Assembly: GCF_006345805.1 (NCBI RefSeq)
Contig: NC_043017.1
Coordinates: forward strand, 496,001 to 560,000
Origin: Octopus sinensis
Taxonomy: Eukaryota
Length of the DNA stretch: 64,000 nucleotides
Direction: 5' to 3'
Position 1 is the first letter of the stretch, and every line of letters starts with the position of its first letter. The position numbers and the translations under genes are program-made. Below the pieces are notes generated by a model. That model did no database searches and was not told where the DNA came from. It saw only the letters and a program-made list of their open reading frames with translations. Below are positions 1 through 14,445 of this stretch, one piece after another.

Positions 1-133
1 TCTTTTTATTTCGTATCTTATTTTAAAATCCTGTGTCATTTTGTATTTCTCTGTTCATTGTATTTAGTTCGCCATTTTGTTTCCTTACTATTACTACAAA
101 TCTAATTTCGTGTCAACGCTATGACTTTTACAG

Positions 134-367
134 CTGCTTAAAGAAAAACATTTGATGGTGCGTGTTGGCGGCGGTTGGGATACCTTAGAACATTACCTGA
201 GTCATCACAATCCGACCAAAATCATCGAATTTAAACGAACTGATCAACCAAAGGCTTCATCAACCAGTCCACGTCATGACCCTGACACAGGGGAGACAGC
301 GTTAACGTCTGCTATCTCATCAGACGATAAATATTTATTGATATTAGGCAAATACAAAAAGAATTAA
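134..367 (+). CDS. GAS2: Growth arrest-specific protein 2 (GAS2), terminal coding exon: C-terminal half of the GAR domain plus a short tail
   Basis: Acceptor ttttacag ends at 133. The phase-0 exon reads [27 protein letters not shown]...[22 protein letters not shown] is the GAR/GAS2 signature. The short tail with a D-x-YL...YK end resembles GAS2 proper rather than long GAS2L or spectraplakin tails. Upstream exons lie outside the window. Confidence 0.9.
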   Translation: MLKEKHLMVRVGGGWDTLEHYLSHHNPTKIIEFKRTDQPKASSTSPRHDPDTGETALTSAISSDDKYLLILGKYKKN

Positions 368-667
368 ACACTAAATTATTACATTTTTTTTTCAAAGAAT
401 ATGAATCCTCCCTTTTTTTCTCTCTCTCTTATTCTTTCTGTGTCAGACAATTCTGCACTTTATTTTTCAACATTTTAAAAGAGAAAATGAGAAAAAAGTA
501 GGGTTCTTGGAGAGGTTACTCTTTTTCGTTTACGAGGAGAAAATAATTAAAAACTATGACACGTTAAAGAAATTGTCAGATGGCAGACGATAACAGAAGT
601 GTATATTTGTGTGTGTGTGTGTGTGTGGTGTGTGTGTGTGTGTGTGTGGTGTGTGTGTGTGTGTGTG

Positions 668-702
<35 letters not shown>

Positions 703-807
703 AGTGTGTTTATTAATGTATGTAATTGTAAATGTGAATGTGTACGTGTTTACGCATGTACGTTGAGAAAGAGAGTGGGAGAGGTGGAAGAAAGATGACA
801 AAAGGAG

Positions 808-848
<41 letters not shown>

Positions 849-3189
849 AAAATAGAGAGAGAAAGGAAGAAAGGGTGATAGATTACATGAAAAGAAGGCA
901 CGATGAAAAGAGAAAGAGAGAGAGAAGTGTGAGTAATGACTAAATGTATTGTATTGGACTTATTAAACCACAGACGATCAAATCCACAGAAAGTGGTACG
1001 GTGTTTTTGTACAGAAGAAGGACATTATTTTCTACTACACCGCAATTCAAAGTGGATATTATAAACAAGAAGATGTCAGAGTTTCTGCAAAACAAACATT
1101 ATTGTTATTGCTGTCATCGTTGTTGTTGTTATTTTTGGCATTGTAGAATTTGAGATTGACTGGTAAGACTTTCAAGGAAGCAATATATTATCATATATAC
1201 TCCACTGCATCTTGTCTGTAAGTAATGGGTGTGATTCTGATGATGATTGTCCGGTTGTTTCGAAACTTTTATTGCAGTTATCGTAAAACGTGTGTACGTG
1301 TATGATTGTAAGTGTGTGTGCGTGAGAAGTGAGAAGGATAAACAGAGAAACAGACAGACAGACAGTGGGAAAGATTGGCGCCAATAAAAAGCTACTCGAG
1401 ATAAAAAATCTACCACTACCCACCACCACGAACACCACCAAAGAAAAACAACAGAAAAAGGACAAATGCACACGCCCAAAACCAGCAGCACCACCACCAC
1501 CACCACGAACGGTAACAACAATAAGAGCAATAACCGAGTCAAAATGAGGGCGTGTAGGGGGCTCTTCCAATCTGCTAGAAATAGCCAAAATTCTTTAAAT
1601 TATATTGTTTTTTTTTCTTAAACAAAGAAGAAACATCATTAACAACTTTATAAACAACAACAGCTGTAGCAAAAACAACAGCAACAACAAACTATTGCAT
1701 CTTAATGAAAAATCAAGATAAGGTCAACATACGTGTCACATACACGTGTATGCATATATACGCGCCCACTCACACTAACCTACAATATACCTAAACACGT
1801 ATATGTACGCACAAAGCAGACACACACACACACACATGTATACACACTGGATCAAGCAGGAACTCGATCATGCGCGCTCGCACACACACACACCTTGGGT
1901 GGGGTTACACATGCGTAACATTAACTGAGATTATACAACCAATTAGTCGACAGAAACTCCCTCTACGGCTGTATCAATATCAAAAGACAGCAGTCAAGGG
2001 ACATAACTCTAACAAGTTCAGTTGAATGAAATTTTCTTTTTCGTTTTTGGACAATATAGATTGAAATAGAACTATTTTTTAAAACCGATAGGTGAATGCG
2101 ACATTCACATAAACACACCTACACACAAACACACATCTAAACGTATACATATGCACCCACACTTACGTACGCAAGCACATACACCCTTACACACAAATGC
2201 ACCTATACACAAACGAACACATACTCTTACATACACATAGATGCATACATATATATAAACACACATACATAGACACGCATAAAATTCTCCATGTAAATAT
2301 ATGTGTGAGGGATAATCTACGCGCGTTTGTATGTATGTGTATGTATGTGTATGTGTGTTTATGCTTGTGCGTGTGTGATTGTAACAGTGCATATGTGTGA
2401 GTGTAAGTGTATGTGTATATCTTGCGGATGTGCGTATGTGCATATGTATATGTGAACATATGTAGGTGTGTCTGTGTAAACGTGTGTGTATATGCGCGTG
2501 TGCAAGTATTTGTATATACAGGTAAATGCATGTATGTGTGGATGTGCGTAGGTGCATATGTATATGTGAGTATATGTGGGTGTGTTTGTGTGAACGTGTG
2601 TATATATGTGTGTGCGTGCGTGTGTATGTGTGTGTGCAAATATGTATGCATATATATATATATGTGAATGCATGTATGTGTGTATGTGAGTGCGTGTATG
2701 TATGTGAGTGAGTGTGTCTTTGTATATGTGTGTGTGTGTGTAAATAGAAACCATTAAGCTTTGAACATAGATGCTTAAATGCTGGCTTTCTCATAGAGCA
2801 AACGGTGAAAGAATAGAAGTAGCAGGAGTAGCAGGAGTAGCAGCCATAGTAGGGGAGGTGAAAGAGAGTGGGAGGGAGTACTCAATACGGCCGTAGTGTG
2901 CATTAATATGTTACAGGTGAAGGGTTTAAAATTGTGTTATAACTACCCAATCACTGATAGTCACCTTCACTTAAAGAATTTCTATAGATGAGACACACAC
3001 ACACACGCACACATACGCACATACATACATGCATGCACACACACACACACACACGTTTTTCATTTGCGCAAGGTTGATAATGACATCCAAGTTTCACTGC
3101 TGCCGGTTTATGACACTGAAATTTCGAAGTCACTGTCAACATCAAGGAAAAAGTAAATATCTATACTGAGAGAATTATACGTTTGCGTA

Positions 3190-3241
3190 CGTTTGTCATA
3201 TACCTATATATGTATGTATATATATATATATATATATATAA

Positions 3242-3304
<63 letters not shown>

Positions 3305-3358
3305 GTGTGTGTGTGTGTGTTGTGTGTGTGTGTGTGTGTGTGAGTGTGTGTATGTATG

Positions 3359-3400
<42 letters not shown>

Positions 3401-3503
3401 CCATACATACGTAAATACATATATATATATACATACATGCATACACACACACGGCTACATATACATACATACATACATATATATATATATATGTATATGT
3501 ATG

Positions 3504-3559
<56 letters not shown>

Positions 3560-3606
3560 CATACACACATACACACACACACACACCACACACACGCATA
3601 TATATA

Positions 3607-3653
<47 letters not shown>

Positions 3654-3835
3654 ATAATCAAATTAAAGATATAAAAATCTTTCATGTAAAAATACATATA
3701 TCTATGTATGAATGTATGTAGTTTGTATATATATATGATATATAATAAATGTATATATATACATATACATATACATATACATATATATATATATTATATA
3801 TAGGTATTTATATATATATATATATTATATATATG

Positions 3836-3872
<37 letters not shown>

Positions 3873-3922
3873 TATATATTATATATATATATATGTATAT
3901 GTACATATATACATATATATAT

Positions 3923-3967
<45 letters not shown>

Positions 3968-4011
3968 TATATATATATATATGTATATATATACATACCA
4001 TACATACGTAA

Positions 4012-4084
<73 letters not shown>

Positions 4085-4129
4085 TAAAGTACGATTTATT
4101 CGTGATCAGAGTTGTTCGAAAATCAAGGT

Positions 4130-4190
<61 letters not shown>

Positions 4191-4191
4191 G

Positions 4192-4236
<45 letters not shown>

Positions 4237-4242
4237 TTTGAA

Positions 4243-4295
<53 letters not shown>

Positions 4296-4323
4296 TATAT
4301 ATATATATATGTTGCATATATCC

Positions 4324-4400
<77 letters not shown>
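3190..4400. repeat. Compound (TA)n/(TG)n/(CA)n/(GATA)n microsatellite block
   Basis: Direct reading. Source of the many IY/CV/HT ORFs. Confidence 0.95.
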
Positions 4401-4408
<8 letters not shown>

Positions 4409-4918
4409 CATATTGTTACACAATGCAGTATGTTTCGGTCTTACGGTCTTTGGTACAATCGAATCCAAGAATTGGCGAAGCTAAAAAATATGTTAGATAC
4501 TCTATGGCAAATTTGCCCTTGGGAAATGATGTGGTAGAATCAGACACTAGAAGTTTCGTCTATGTACACCAACCGCCTAGTAGAGATTTATTATCGTAAT
4601 TTAGAATAAACTGGAACTGAGGACGATGTAACCAAGGTACAATCTCCCTTTCCAAAATTGCTACCTTTTCTGACTATATTAGGTAAAAAGACAAACAAAG
4701 ACATCGTGCCAGAATTGATAAAAATGCTTTCGGCAATTTTCTTTTCCCGGCATTATATTCTGAGTTCAAATGCCACCGAGATCGACTTTGCTTATTTTTC
4801 TTTCATCATTTCGGGGGTCGATGAAATTCAATAACAATCGACCACCGGTGTCGATGTAGACGACTAGCCTCCAACCCAACAATGTCAGGCCTTTTGCCTG
4901 TGGCAGAAAGGAATATTA

Positions 4919-4979
<61 letters not shown>

Positions 4980-5125
4980 GAGAAAACTATATCTGCAGAT
5001 ATAGCTTGTACATAAACAAATATACACACCTGAAGATGAATATACACAGCTCCTAGATGTGCATTAATAGTTAGGTGTACATTATATATATGTATATATA
5101 TATGTATATATATAAATATATATAA

Positions 5126-5188
<63 letters not shown>

Positions 5189-5261
5189 TATATGTATATA
5201 TATGTGTATATATATATATAAGCATATTATATATGTGTATATATACATATACACACACATA

Positions 5262-5306
<45 letters not shown>

Positions 5307-5665
5307 GTACACACATATATATATGCATATTATATATGTGTGTGCGTTGTGTTTCTGCATATATATATACATACGTACACACACATACACACTTAAAATA
5401 CATATTTTTTATGTACATGTACACATTTCTGTATCTATCTATACAGACACACACACACACATTCATATTCATATTTTGTGTGCTATAAATAAATAAATAT
5501 ATATATATATGTAAGTATAATAACTTTTTAGAATTGATGCATTCAACTACCGCAATAAATATTTATTATAAAATACCCTGTATTGAGTTCTTTCTTGTCT
5601 TCGCTCTCGTTATCCATTATCCTATACATACATACATACATACATGCATACATACATACATACAT

Positions 5666-5779
<114 letters not shown>

Positions 5780-5803
5780 CATGCACGCAAACACATATAT
5801 ATA

Positions 5804-6428
5804 CATGTTCAAAGAAAACGATCCTGGCGTAAGCGACATGAGCCACCTTTAGCCACCCCAAAAACGGGTCCTCATCCTAAAAAGGTATTGCTTTGTGCCT
5901 GATGGGATTGGAAAGGAATTCTGTACTATGAGCTTCTCCCAAGTAACCAGACAATTAATTCTGAGAAATACTGCACACAACTGGACGAGGTAAAAGCAGC
6001 AATTCAAGAGAAACGTCCAGAATTGGCCGACAGGAAGGGTGTTGTTTTCCAACATGATAATGCAAGACTGCACGTTTCTTTGGGAACCAGACAAAAATTG
6101 CTGCAGCACGGCTGAGATGTGTTACTCCACCCTCTATATTCACAAGATATTGCTCATTCAGATTTCCACTTATTCAGGTCTCTGCAGAATAGTCTTAATT
6201 GGTAAAAATTTCAATTCCTGGATGACGTAAAAAGGTACCTTGATGAATTCTTTGCCATGAAACCACCTCAATTCTGGGAAGAAGGTATTTTCAAGTTAAA
6301 GGAAAGATGGAGACGCATTGTGCAAGAAAATGGTTCATATTTGGTTGATTAAAAATGTAATGGCAAGTATTTATTGACCTTTTTCATTCCTTTAAAAATC
6401 GGCAGAAACTTTCCGGACAACCCAATAT
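5804..6428 (+). mobile_element. Mariner transposon, 5'-truncated and degraded (DD34D C-terminal half plus 3' TIR)
   Basis: Translates to RKRSW...[20 protein letters not shown]...FQHDNARLH...HPLYSQDIAHSDFHLFRSL, with stops and a frameshift. Ends in ACTTTCCGGACAACCCAATA+TA, a mariner-type TIR. Confidence 0.9.
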
Positions 6429-6549
6429 TATTGCAATACAATAGTATTATTTTCCATCTAAATAAAGCACTGTAAAAGTAGAATTATAAATAGGAAATAG
6501 TAGCACGACAAAATATCATTTTTTTCCTAGAAATAACAGCCGATGACCG

Positions 6550-7116
6550 TACGACGCTATTCAGCTTCACTGAATGTAGACAGGCAAAGATGTGTGCGCG
6601 CGGCGAACAGAACCAAATATAGTGTGTAATACTAACAACAAATTCTATCGTCACGCCGGCTGACACTAACATCATCAATAATAATGTTTAGAAATCAATT
6701 TAAAACCGTTGCAGATCTGAGGAGCGCGATTAATTGGATTCTTCATGACGGCTATGTCCTGTCACTGAGCTCTTCTCACTCGTGAGTTACTCGCCAAAAA
6801 CAAGACGGCATCGCTTCTGTACCCACCCTATTCACCAGATTTAGCACCCGCGGACTTCCATCTCTTCCCCAGGATGAAAATATAGCCCAAAGGTCGCCGT
6901 TTTAATACCTTTGTTGATATCAAAAGCGATTCACTGAATGTCCTCGACTCACTTACGGAAAACGACTTCCAGGCCGGATTCCATAAGTGACATGAACGCT
7001 AGGACCGATGTAGTGCCGCGCAAGGCGACTATTTCGAAGGAGATAATGTTAAAACAGATAAATAAGTTATTTCTTATTAAGCAATTTGTCCGGGAGCTTT
7101 TTGATACTACGTCGTA
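6550..7116 (+). mobile_element. Second mariner remnant (different subfamily, internally deleted)
   Basis: 6735-7065 gives YPPYSPDLAPADFHLFPRMK..KGRRF...GDYFEGDN. 3' end GAGCTTTTTGATACTACGTCGTA. The 5' boundary (TACGACG at 6550) is uncertain. Confidence 0.8.
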
Positions 7117-7383
7117 TTAATGGATTATTAAATGATCTATTACATTTGTGTGACAGGTGTAATTGTTGATCTGCTGACATTTGGAGAAGCTATCACTATA
7201 TCTTCAATATATATCTTCATAGGCGTAGGAGTGGCTGTGTGTTAAGTAGCTTGCTTACCAACCACATAGTTCCGGGTTCAGTCCCACTGCGTGGCACCTT
7301 GGGCACGTAAGTGAGTCGAGGACCTTCAGTGAACCAAAGCCTCGTGAGTGGATTTGGTAGACGGAAACTGAAAGAAGCCCGTC

Positions 7384-7465
<82 letters not shown>

Positions 7466-7564
7466 GTGTTTGTGTGTCGGTGTTTGTCCCCCCCAACATC
7501 GCTTGACAACAGATGCTGGTGTGTATTATCATTTCAAATTTTTGCTACAAGGGTGGGGGTGGGT

Positions 7565-7960
7565 ATGAGTCGATTAGATCGACCCCAGTGTTCAACAGGT
7601 TCTTATTTTATCGAACCCGAAAGAATGAAAGTCGACCTCGGTGGAATTTGAACTCAGAACGGAAAGACAGACGAAATACCTATTTCTTTACTAACCACAA
7701 GGGGCTAAACACAGAGGAGACAAACAAGGACTGACAAACGGATTAAGTCGATTATATCGACCCCAGTGCGTAACTGGTACTTATTTAATCGACCCCGAAA
7801 GGATGAAAGGCAAAGTCGACGCCGGCGGAATTTGAACTCAGAACATTGAGGCAGACGAAATACCTATTCCTTTACTACCCACAAGGGGCTAAACACAGAG
7901 GGGACAAACAAGGACAGACAAAGGGATTCTGTCGATTACATCGATCCCAGTGCGTAACCG
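7565..7960 (-). mobile_element. SINE family B, tandem partial copies
   Basis: Two to three head-to-tail repeats of the GTCGACTTTGCC...GGGGTCGAT...CCCCTTGTGG body on the minus strand. Confidence 0.85.
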
Positions 7961-8002
7961 GTACTTAATTTATCGAATCCGAAAGGATGAAAGGCAATAA
8001 TA

Positions 8003-8037
<35 letters not shown>

Positions 8038-8042
8038 ATGAT

Positions 8043-8086
<44 letters not shown>

Positions 8087-8093
8087 CGACGAC

Positions 8094-8147
<54 letters not shown>

Positions 8148-8705
8148 TGTTCCGCAGTACCAGGCAGTGGCTCTCGTGGCTTCTGATCTTAACTGATTGG
8201 AAGTGTTATCATGTACATTGTTTTGTCTTGGTATAAAAGATGGGCTACAGCAAATATTCTGCTTAATACCACAGATTTGGTGGCAGTTGTTTGACCTTAA
8301 CCAGTTGACCATGTCCCTTAGTGGCTGACGCTATGTGCATCTCTGATCACGAGCAGAAGTAGTGGGGGAACATCATAGCCATGTGTTGAGAGGGATTCTT
8401 TGGGGTTTGAATTTTTTATATCTGGAAACATGGGTGTTTCCTTCAACATCCTTAAACAACCCTTATTCAGGGACCTTTTGAGCGGGATGGGCTACTCAGC
8501 CAGAAGAAAATTCTAACTGGTCCCCACCTGCAAGGTCATGTGCTGTTTATCTTGATATAAGATCACCATGTCGCGCACATATGGTTGTGATACATGTGCC
8601 TGGTGTACCCTTATCAGACGGGTAGTCATGATGGGTATTCTGGGCTACGTATATTTTACCCCATTGTCACTTTGATGACATGCACTGCTCTCTCACTTAA
8701 TAATG

Positions 8706-8773
<68 letters not shown>

Positions 8774-8777
8774 TGAA

Positions 8778-9093
8778 GGCGCATGGCTCAGTGGTTAGAG
8801 CGTCGAGCTTACGATCGTGAGGTTGTGAGCTCGAATCCCGGACCCGACTGCGTGTTGTGTTCTTGAGCAAGACACTTTATTTCACGTTGCTCCAGTTCAC
8901 TCAGCTGTAGAAATGAGTTGCGATGCCAGGTGCCAAGCTGTACCGGCCCCTTTGCCTTTCCCTTGGATAACACCGGTGTACTGGAGAGGGGAGGTCGGTA
9001 TGCATGGGCGACTGCTGGTTTTCCATAAACAACCTTGCCCGGACTTGTGCCTATGTGCAATCCCATGGTCTGTGTCGTGACCGAAGAGGGTCT
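8778..9093 (+). mobile_element. SINE family C (GGCGCATGGCTCAGTGGTTAGAGCG head, CTTGAGCAAGACACTT core)
   Basis: Clear tRNA A and B boxes. Related copies at 28330(-), 28920, 30500 and 40965(-). A SINE with a similar head and a different body lies at 47168-47470. Confidence 0.88.
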
Positions 9094-9199
9094 CAGAATA
9101 ATAAAAATGATTTCTTTACTAACCACAAGGGTTATATTAAGAAAAACATTATGGACAGTACAGGACAAAGTACTTTATGTGTGTAAATGTGTGTCGTGA

Positions 9200-10620
9200 G
9201 GGTTTTGCGTGTAAACAAGACTAACAAAATCTAAACAAAAGAAAAACACGAACAAGAAAGAAATCAACAATGTGTAATCCTGTATAGGGAGGAGACGTTC
9301 AAGGGCTGCCTTTTTGCCTTTCCTTTTTTCCCAACTTACAGGCGTTTGCTCGGGGCTAGGCCTGTTCTCTCGCACCATTCTCACCACTTTCATCAACCTT
9401 TCAGCAAACTGGCTGGAAGACAACATTTCTCTCTCTACTCTTATCTTCCGTTTCAAGTGAAACTTGAAGAAATTGATCAGGGATTGGCCAAAAAGAAAAG
9501 GGTCTGTCTTCAGTCCCTTCAGTATCGTCCACTGTACAACCTCTTTCGTCATGACCACCAGGTATATAAACACAGCCCTTCCTTCCCGGTTAAAGGAAGG
9601 CGGAGGCGCGATTTTCACGATGGATTCAGTTAACAGCCGGATCCGTCCCACACTCGACAGCAGGTGTTCGACATTAATCCACAGGTAGGCAATGCTCGGG
9701 CACTGAACGAGGCCATGCAGGATCGTCACGCAGTCCTTTGTGCCTGTAAAGTCTACTTCAAACAGGCAAAGCTCCCCCTTAGCAGTACCAGGTTAGAGAT
9801 TTTTTGGAAATTATCCTTAGAAAGTTCTCCGGAAATGATCGCCTAGCTGATCTTCTTCGACGCCTAATGTCTCCCCAAAAACGTCGTCACATTTTTCTTC
9901 CACTAATCCTCGATAAAAAGCTAAAGTGGACGTTTCACCTATCGCCATGTCCGATTGGTTGAGGGCCATGAGCTCTTAAAAAACATTCCACCTTCCAAAT
10001 GCTCCCCTTCGGCCTCTGTTTTACCCAGGACTGCAGTTCTGTTAAAGAAACTAGCTGCGGAAATACGTCTCTGGCGACCACATCTGTTCACCGTCAAGGA
10101 AGCAGTGGAGATGAGGCTTCAGCATATGTCTGCGCATCATCAACTACGGCACGCCCACGCCACCGAGCAGCGGGTGTTGACCACCTGACCATCGGGACGC
10201 GTCCATTCTACAAGAATAGGATACGTTCCAGTGCAAGCAGACGGTGGCCAGGACAAGGAACGATGGTCAAGCGATAGGAGATGACGAACACGATATAGAT
10301 ATTAGCCATCTCTGCGCGACTTTTCAGGGATAGCTTTCTCTCAGCCTATTTCTGGGTGAGAGTAGTGACTCTGCTCTTTACCTCGTCCCACTTTTTGTCT
10401 ATCTGGAGATCCGGAATGAACCAGACTCCGAGCAATTTAACTGGTCCGTCCGCCCAGCGTCCAACGACACATTTGGACGGTATGGACTTGTTTCTCCAGG
10501 TACCGAGCTGCAAACCCACTGATGTTTCCTGGTTAATCGTCGCTCCTGAAACCGCCTCGTAGTAAATGAGAACGGGGCCGATCATTTCTATGTGTTTGGG
10601 ACAACCTTGCCGGACCGGAC
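9200..10620 (-). mobile_element. L1/Tx1-like non-LTR retrotransposon, 5'-truncated ORF2 C-terminus with frameshifts
   Basis: WADGPVKLLGVWF.PDLQIDKKWDEV (RT C-terminal region) and TILHGLVQCP (zinc-knuckle-like), followed by an ORF2 end and a T-rich 3' UTR on the minus strand. Confidence 0.75.
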
Positions 10621-10938
10621 CCATTCTATGTGCCTGGAATTAAATGTTGAATAAAATGCCAGATAAAATAGTTTCCGTTTTTTCATTTTATGGACACAAA
10701 CCGAAAGAATACACAACTATCACCAACAGCAACAATGAATCGTTCAAACAACGCGTCACACTAGAAACATAAAAAAAAAAAATCCCAACTCTTCCCCCCA
10801 CTCCCCAAAACGGAAGAAACTTAACGTCAATGACACACCTGTGCGATTTTTATTACGTCCCTTTACCTGAGCTGTCCTCCTTCTTAAATACAATTTCTTT
10901 TTTTAACCTGTATTATTTCAAACTATCCGTTCGCCATC

Positions 10939-10990
10939 ATGGCTGCTGCTGTCCTCAGACTAACCTACTTCTTATTCACAATAACTTTTG
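10939..10990 (+). CDS. cold: Ly6/uPAR (three-finger) GPI-anchored protein, coiled-like, exon 1 (signal peptide)
   Basis: cgccatcATGG start context. Reads MAAAVLRLTYFLFTITF+G (52 nt, phase 1), hydrophobic signal peptide. Donor G|GTAAGT at 10991. Phase fits exon 2. Confidence 0.8.
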
Positions 10991-11450
10991 GTAAGTTCAC
11001 AATTTATTTAAAAAAATTTTTATATCTTAAACCCTAATCTTTTACAAAACAAACATTTTCTGGTCTCACATCTTAACTATACTTCAAGAAATATATGTTA
11101 TTTTGTTCACTCCTTTACGGTTTATACCTCGGATGTCCTTTAATCATAATAACGTACATCAATAATTTAGTTTCGTTCTGTTTGTTAATGATTTCAAATA
11201 GATTTTCCTTTACTCAGTGTGACAAGGTGTTTCATAATAACTATATATTTATCTATAACTAAAGTGTGGATGTGTGATATATTTAAAAGTCGCCTCTTTA
11301 CGGAAAGTTCTATACGAATGTTAAAAGTTAATGTAGTTACTCTGATCGCGGGGTTTCAAGGAGTATATTTCGTTAGATTGGAAATAGTTTTGATATGAGG
11401 AAGCGGATAAGGTACGTTAATGTGTCTATACGTATTTGTGTGTGTATACA

Positions 11451-11504
<54 letters not shown>

Positions 11505-12037
11505 CTTACTGGGAGAACAGAAAAGAAACGAAACGAAATATATATATATATTTGTGTCTACGTATACTCGCGTGTGTATATTTGCGCGTATGTATACCGT
11601 TCTGTCATCAGATATTTTTGTTTTTGTCAAATGTGTATCATTTATTTGTATGTGTGTGTGTTTAGGTGAAGGTAAAGAATACGCACACACGGTGTTTAGG
11701 GTCAGGGTTTTAACTTTCTGCCTATTAAAAACAATCTCTCCCTCTCTCTCTTCCTCACACACACACACACTCATAGGTGTGTGTGTTGCCTATTAGGTTT
11801 TGTTTAAGGTTCAGTTTAGTATGCTAAATTATCTCCGATCTGGCTAAATGGTATTTACCTGAGGTATGAGAGACACCCAGATGGTGAGGAAATTTGGCCA
11901 AACCGTGGGATTGGGGAACAAGCTTCTACCACACTTCATGCCTGCCCTTATAAAACCGATGAAATACAGTTAAGCATTTTGGCCAGTGGGCTACCGATTC
12001 CACCAGCTTGTTGGCTTATATATATATGTATATATAT

Positions 12038-12095
<58 letters not shown>

Positions 12096-12474
12096 CATAT
12101 AAAATATATAAAAATGGGATAAGAGTGCAAAACATCCAGACAGGTGAAACAAAAAAAGGAAAACAAAATATCCAGACAGATGATACAAAGAAAACAAGAA
12201 GGATCATTGAGAGTTTTCTATCCTCAGTCGAATTCCAGATTATCTTTGCAATTTCAGCTGGTTATACTCGAAATTGCTCCAATCTCGCCAGCCCCAAGGA
12301 AAAATAAGCTAAGAGCATAACATTCCTTGGAAGAAAGCAACAAATGTATACGAAACAAGGACGGAAAAAAGATAAAAAAAATAGAAATGTTACACAAATA
12401 ACAGGACATAACAACAGGTGTCTTTTGACTAAGGGTGAATTAAATTAAGCTGGTGTGAGTGGAAGTAATCTTGT

Positions 12475-13105
12475 GTGCTTGTGGGTGCCTGTGTCATGTA
12501 AAAGCACCCATGTCAGTTCTGTGTAATAGCATGCAGTACACTCTGTAAAGTGGTTGGTGTTAGGAAGGGCATCAAGCTGTAGAAACCATGCTGAAGCAAA
12601 CATGGGGCCCGGGCAACTCTCTAGTCGGTTGGGTCCTGTCAAACCATCCAACCCATACCAGCATGGAAAACAAACGTACCGAGCTCTAATTGTGGAGGGA
12701 ATCTGTGGAAGGGGGCAAACTCAAGAAGATGTGGGATGAAGTGGTGAAAAGGGATCTTTGGATGCTGGGCCTCACTGAGGAGATGACAGAGGATCAGGAA
12801 TTGTGGCAATTTGCTGTACTTGAGAAAATGCATCATGCTATGTAAAATCGCTGTCGTCCATGCATACAGGCTCCTCCATTATAGGTGTCTGTGCCATGAA
12901 CTCGTGCTGTGTGAATGCACCTGTGTCGGTGGCACATAAAAAGTACCCAGCACACTCTGTAAAGTGGTTGGCATTAGGAAAAGCATCCAGCCAGTGAAAC
13001 CATGCCACAACAGACAATTGCAGTCTGGCCAGTTCCCCGGCTGGTCCGTTCCTGTCAAACCATCCAACCCATACCAACACGGAAAATGGACGTTAAATGA
13101 GGATG
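12475..13105 (+). mobile_element. Two tandem RTE 3'-end fragments
   Basis: 12714-12830 reads KKMWDEVVKRDLWMLGLTEEMTEDQELWQFAVLEK, matching the RTE end at 15581-15700. Both pieces carry the RTE 3' UTR motif CATCCAACCCATACCAGCATGG. Confidence 0.75.
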
Positions 13106-14094
13106 ATTAATAAGAAAGGTGTTCAATGAGGTTGATTTGGCTTTTCGTCCTCTTGGGTTTAATAGAATAAGTTCTAGATAAGCAATGGGGTTGTTGTTAT
13201 TGACTTACCCACTCCTGCCAAACTGCTGGCCTTGTTTTAAAATTTGAAAGCAACAGGAAAGATCTTCATGCAATACAATTAATGGAAACGGTAAGAAAAA
13301 GCAATGTGACATGACATGCAAGGAAAGATGTCTGTTTGAAACTTAACATTTGTCACACAAGTTTTTGATTGGATCAGAGTTCCAGTAAAAGACACCTACC
13401 CAAGAAGTCACATAGTAGGACTGAACCTGGAACCATGTGGTAGGAAAAGTATAATTCCTCATTGTAACTTACCAGTTTCAACTTTGCAGAGAGCTCACTG
13501 AATTCTAAGAATAGTCTTTTCTACTCTAGGCACAAGGCTTGAAATTTTTGGGGAAGGGGCAGTCGATTACATTGACACCAGTATGCAATTGGTACTTAAT
13601 TTATCAACCCCAAAAGAATGAAAGGCAAAGTTGACCTCGGCGGAATTTGAACTCAGAATGTAAAGACAGACGAAATACTGCCAAACATTTTGCCTGGTAT
13701 GCTAATGTTTCTTATTTCTTTACTACCCACAAGGGGCTAAACACAGAGGGGACAAACAAGGACAGACAAATGGATAAAGTGGATTATATCAACCCCAGTG
13801 CGTAACTGGGACTTATTTAATCGACCCCGAAAGGATGAAAGGCAAAGTCGACCTTGGCGGAATTTGAACTCAGAACATAGCGACAGACAAAATACTGCTA
13901 GACATTTCGCCCAGCATGCTAACGTTTCTGCCAGTTCACTGCCTTCGAATTCTAAGAGTATTAATAAAAAACAGAACCAGAAGTAGATTAGAATTCTAGA
14001 GATATATTTATTAACAGTTTAGGGAATGTGTGTATGAAGAATTCTTTATATTTTGGGAAAAGATTAAAGTTTTGAAAAGGAATGACTCACTAGA

Positions 14095-14261
14095 TGTCTT
14101 ACTCTTTTACTTGTTTCAGTCATTTGACTGTGGCCATGCTGGAGCAACACCTTTGTAAGCCTAGTACTTATTCTATCGGACTCTTTTGCCGAACCGCTAA
14201 GTTATGGGGATGTAATCACACCAGCATCGGTTGTCAAGCAATGTTGCGGGGACAAGTACAG

Positions 14262-14299
<38 letters not shown>

Positions 14300-14445
14300 G
14301 ATGGGCTTCTTTCAGTTTCCGTCTACCAGATTCACTTACAAGGCTTTGGTCGGCCCGAGACTGTAGTAGAAGACACTTGCCCAAGGGACTGAATCTGGAA
14401 CCATGTGGTTGGTTAGCAAGCTACTTACCACACAGCCACTCCTAT
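14095..14445 (-). mobile_element. SINE family A (minus strand, intron 1)
   Basis: Reverse-complement match with internal deletions. Another tail fragment follows at 14465-14640. Confidence 0.85.

Noticed and set aside
1129-1600. Overlapping 72-138 aa ORFs downstream of GAS2
   Set aside because: Low-complexity (CAC/CAA) sequence, non-ATG starts, no domain and no splice support; likely UTR or intergenic.
4430-4480. GACC-GTAA-GACC-GAAAC on the minus strand, hammerhead-like
   Set aside because: No CUGANGA-type core and helix II does not pair.
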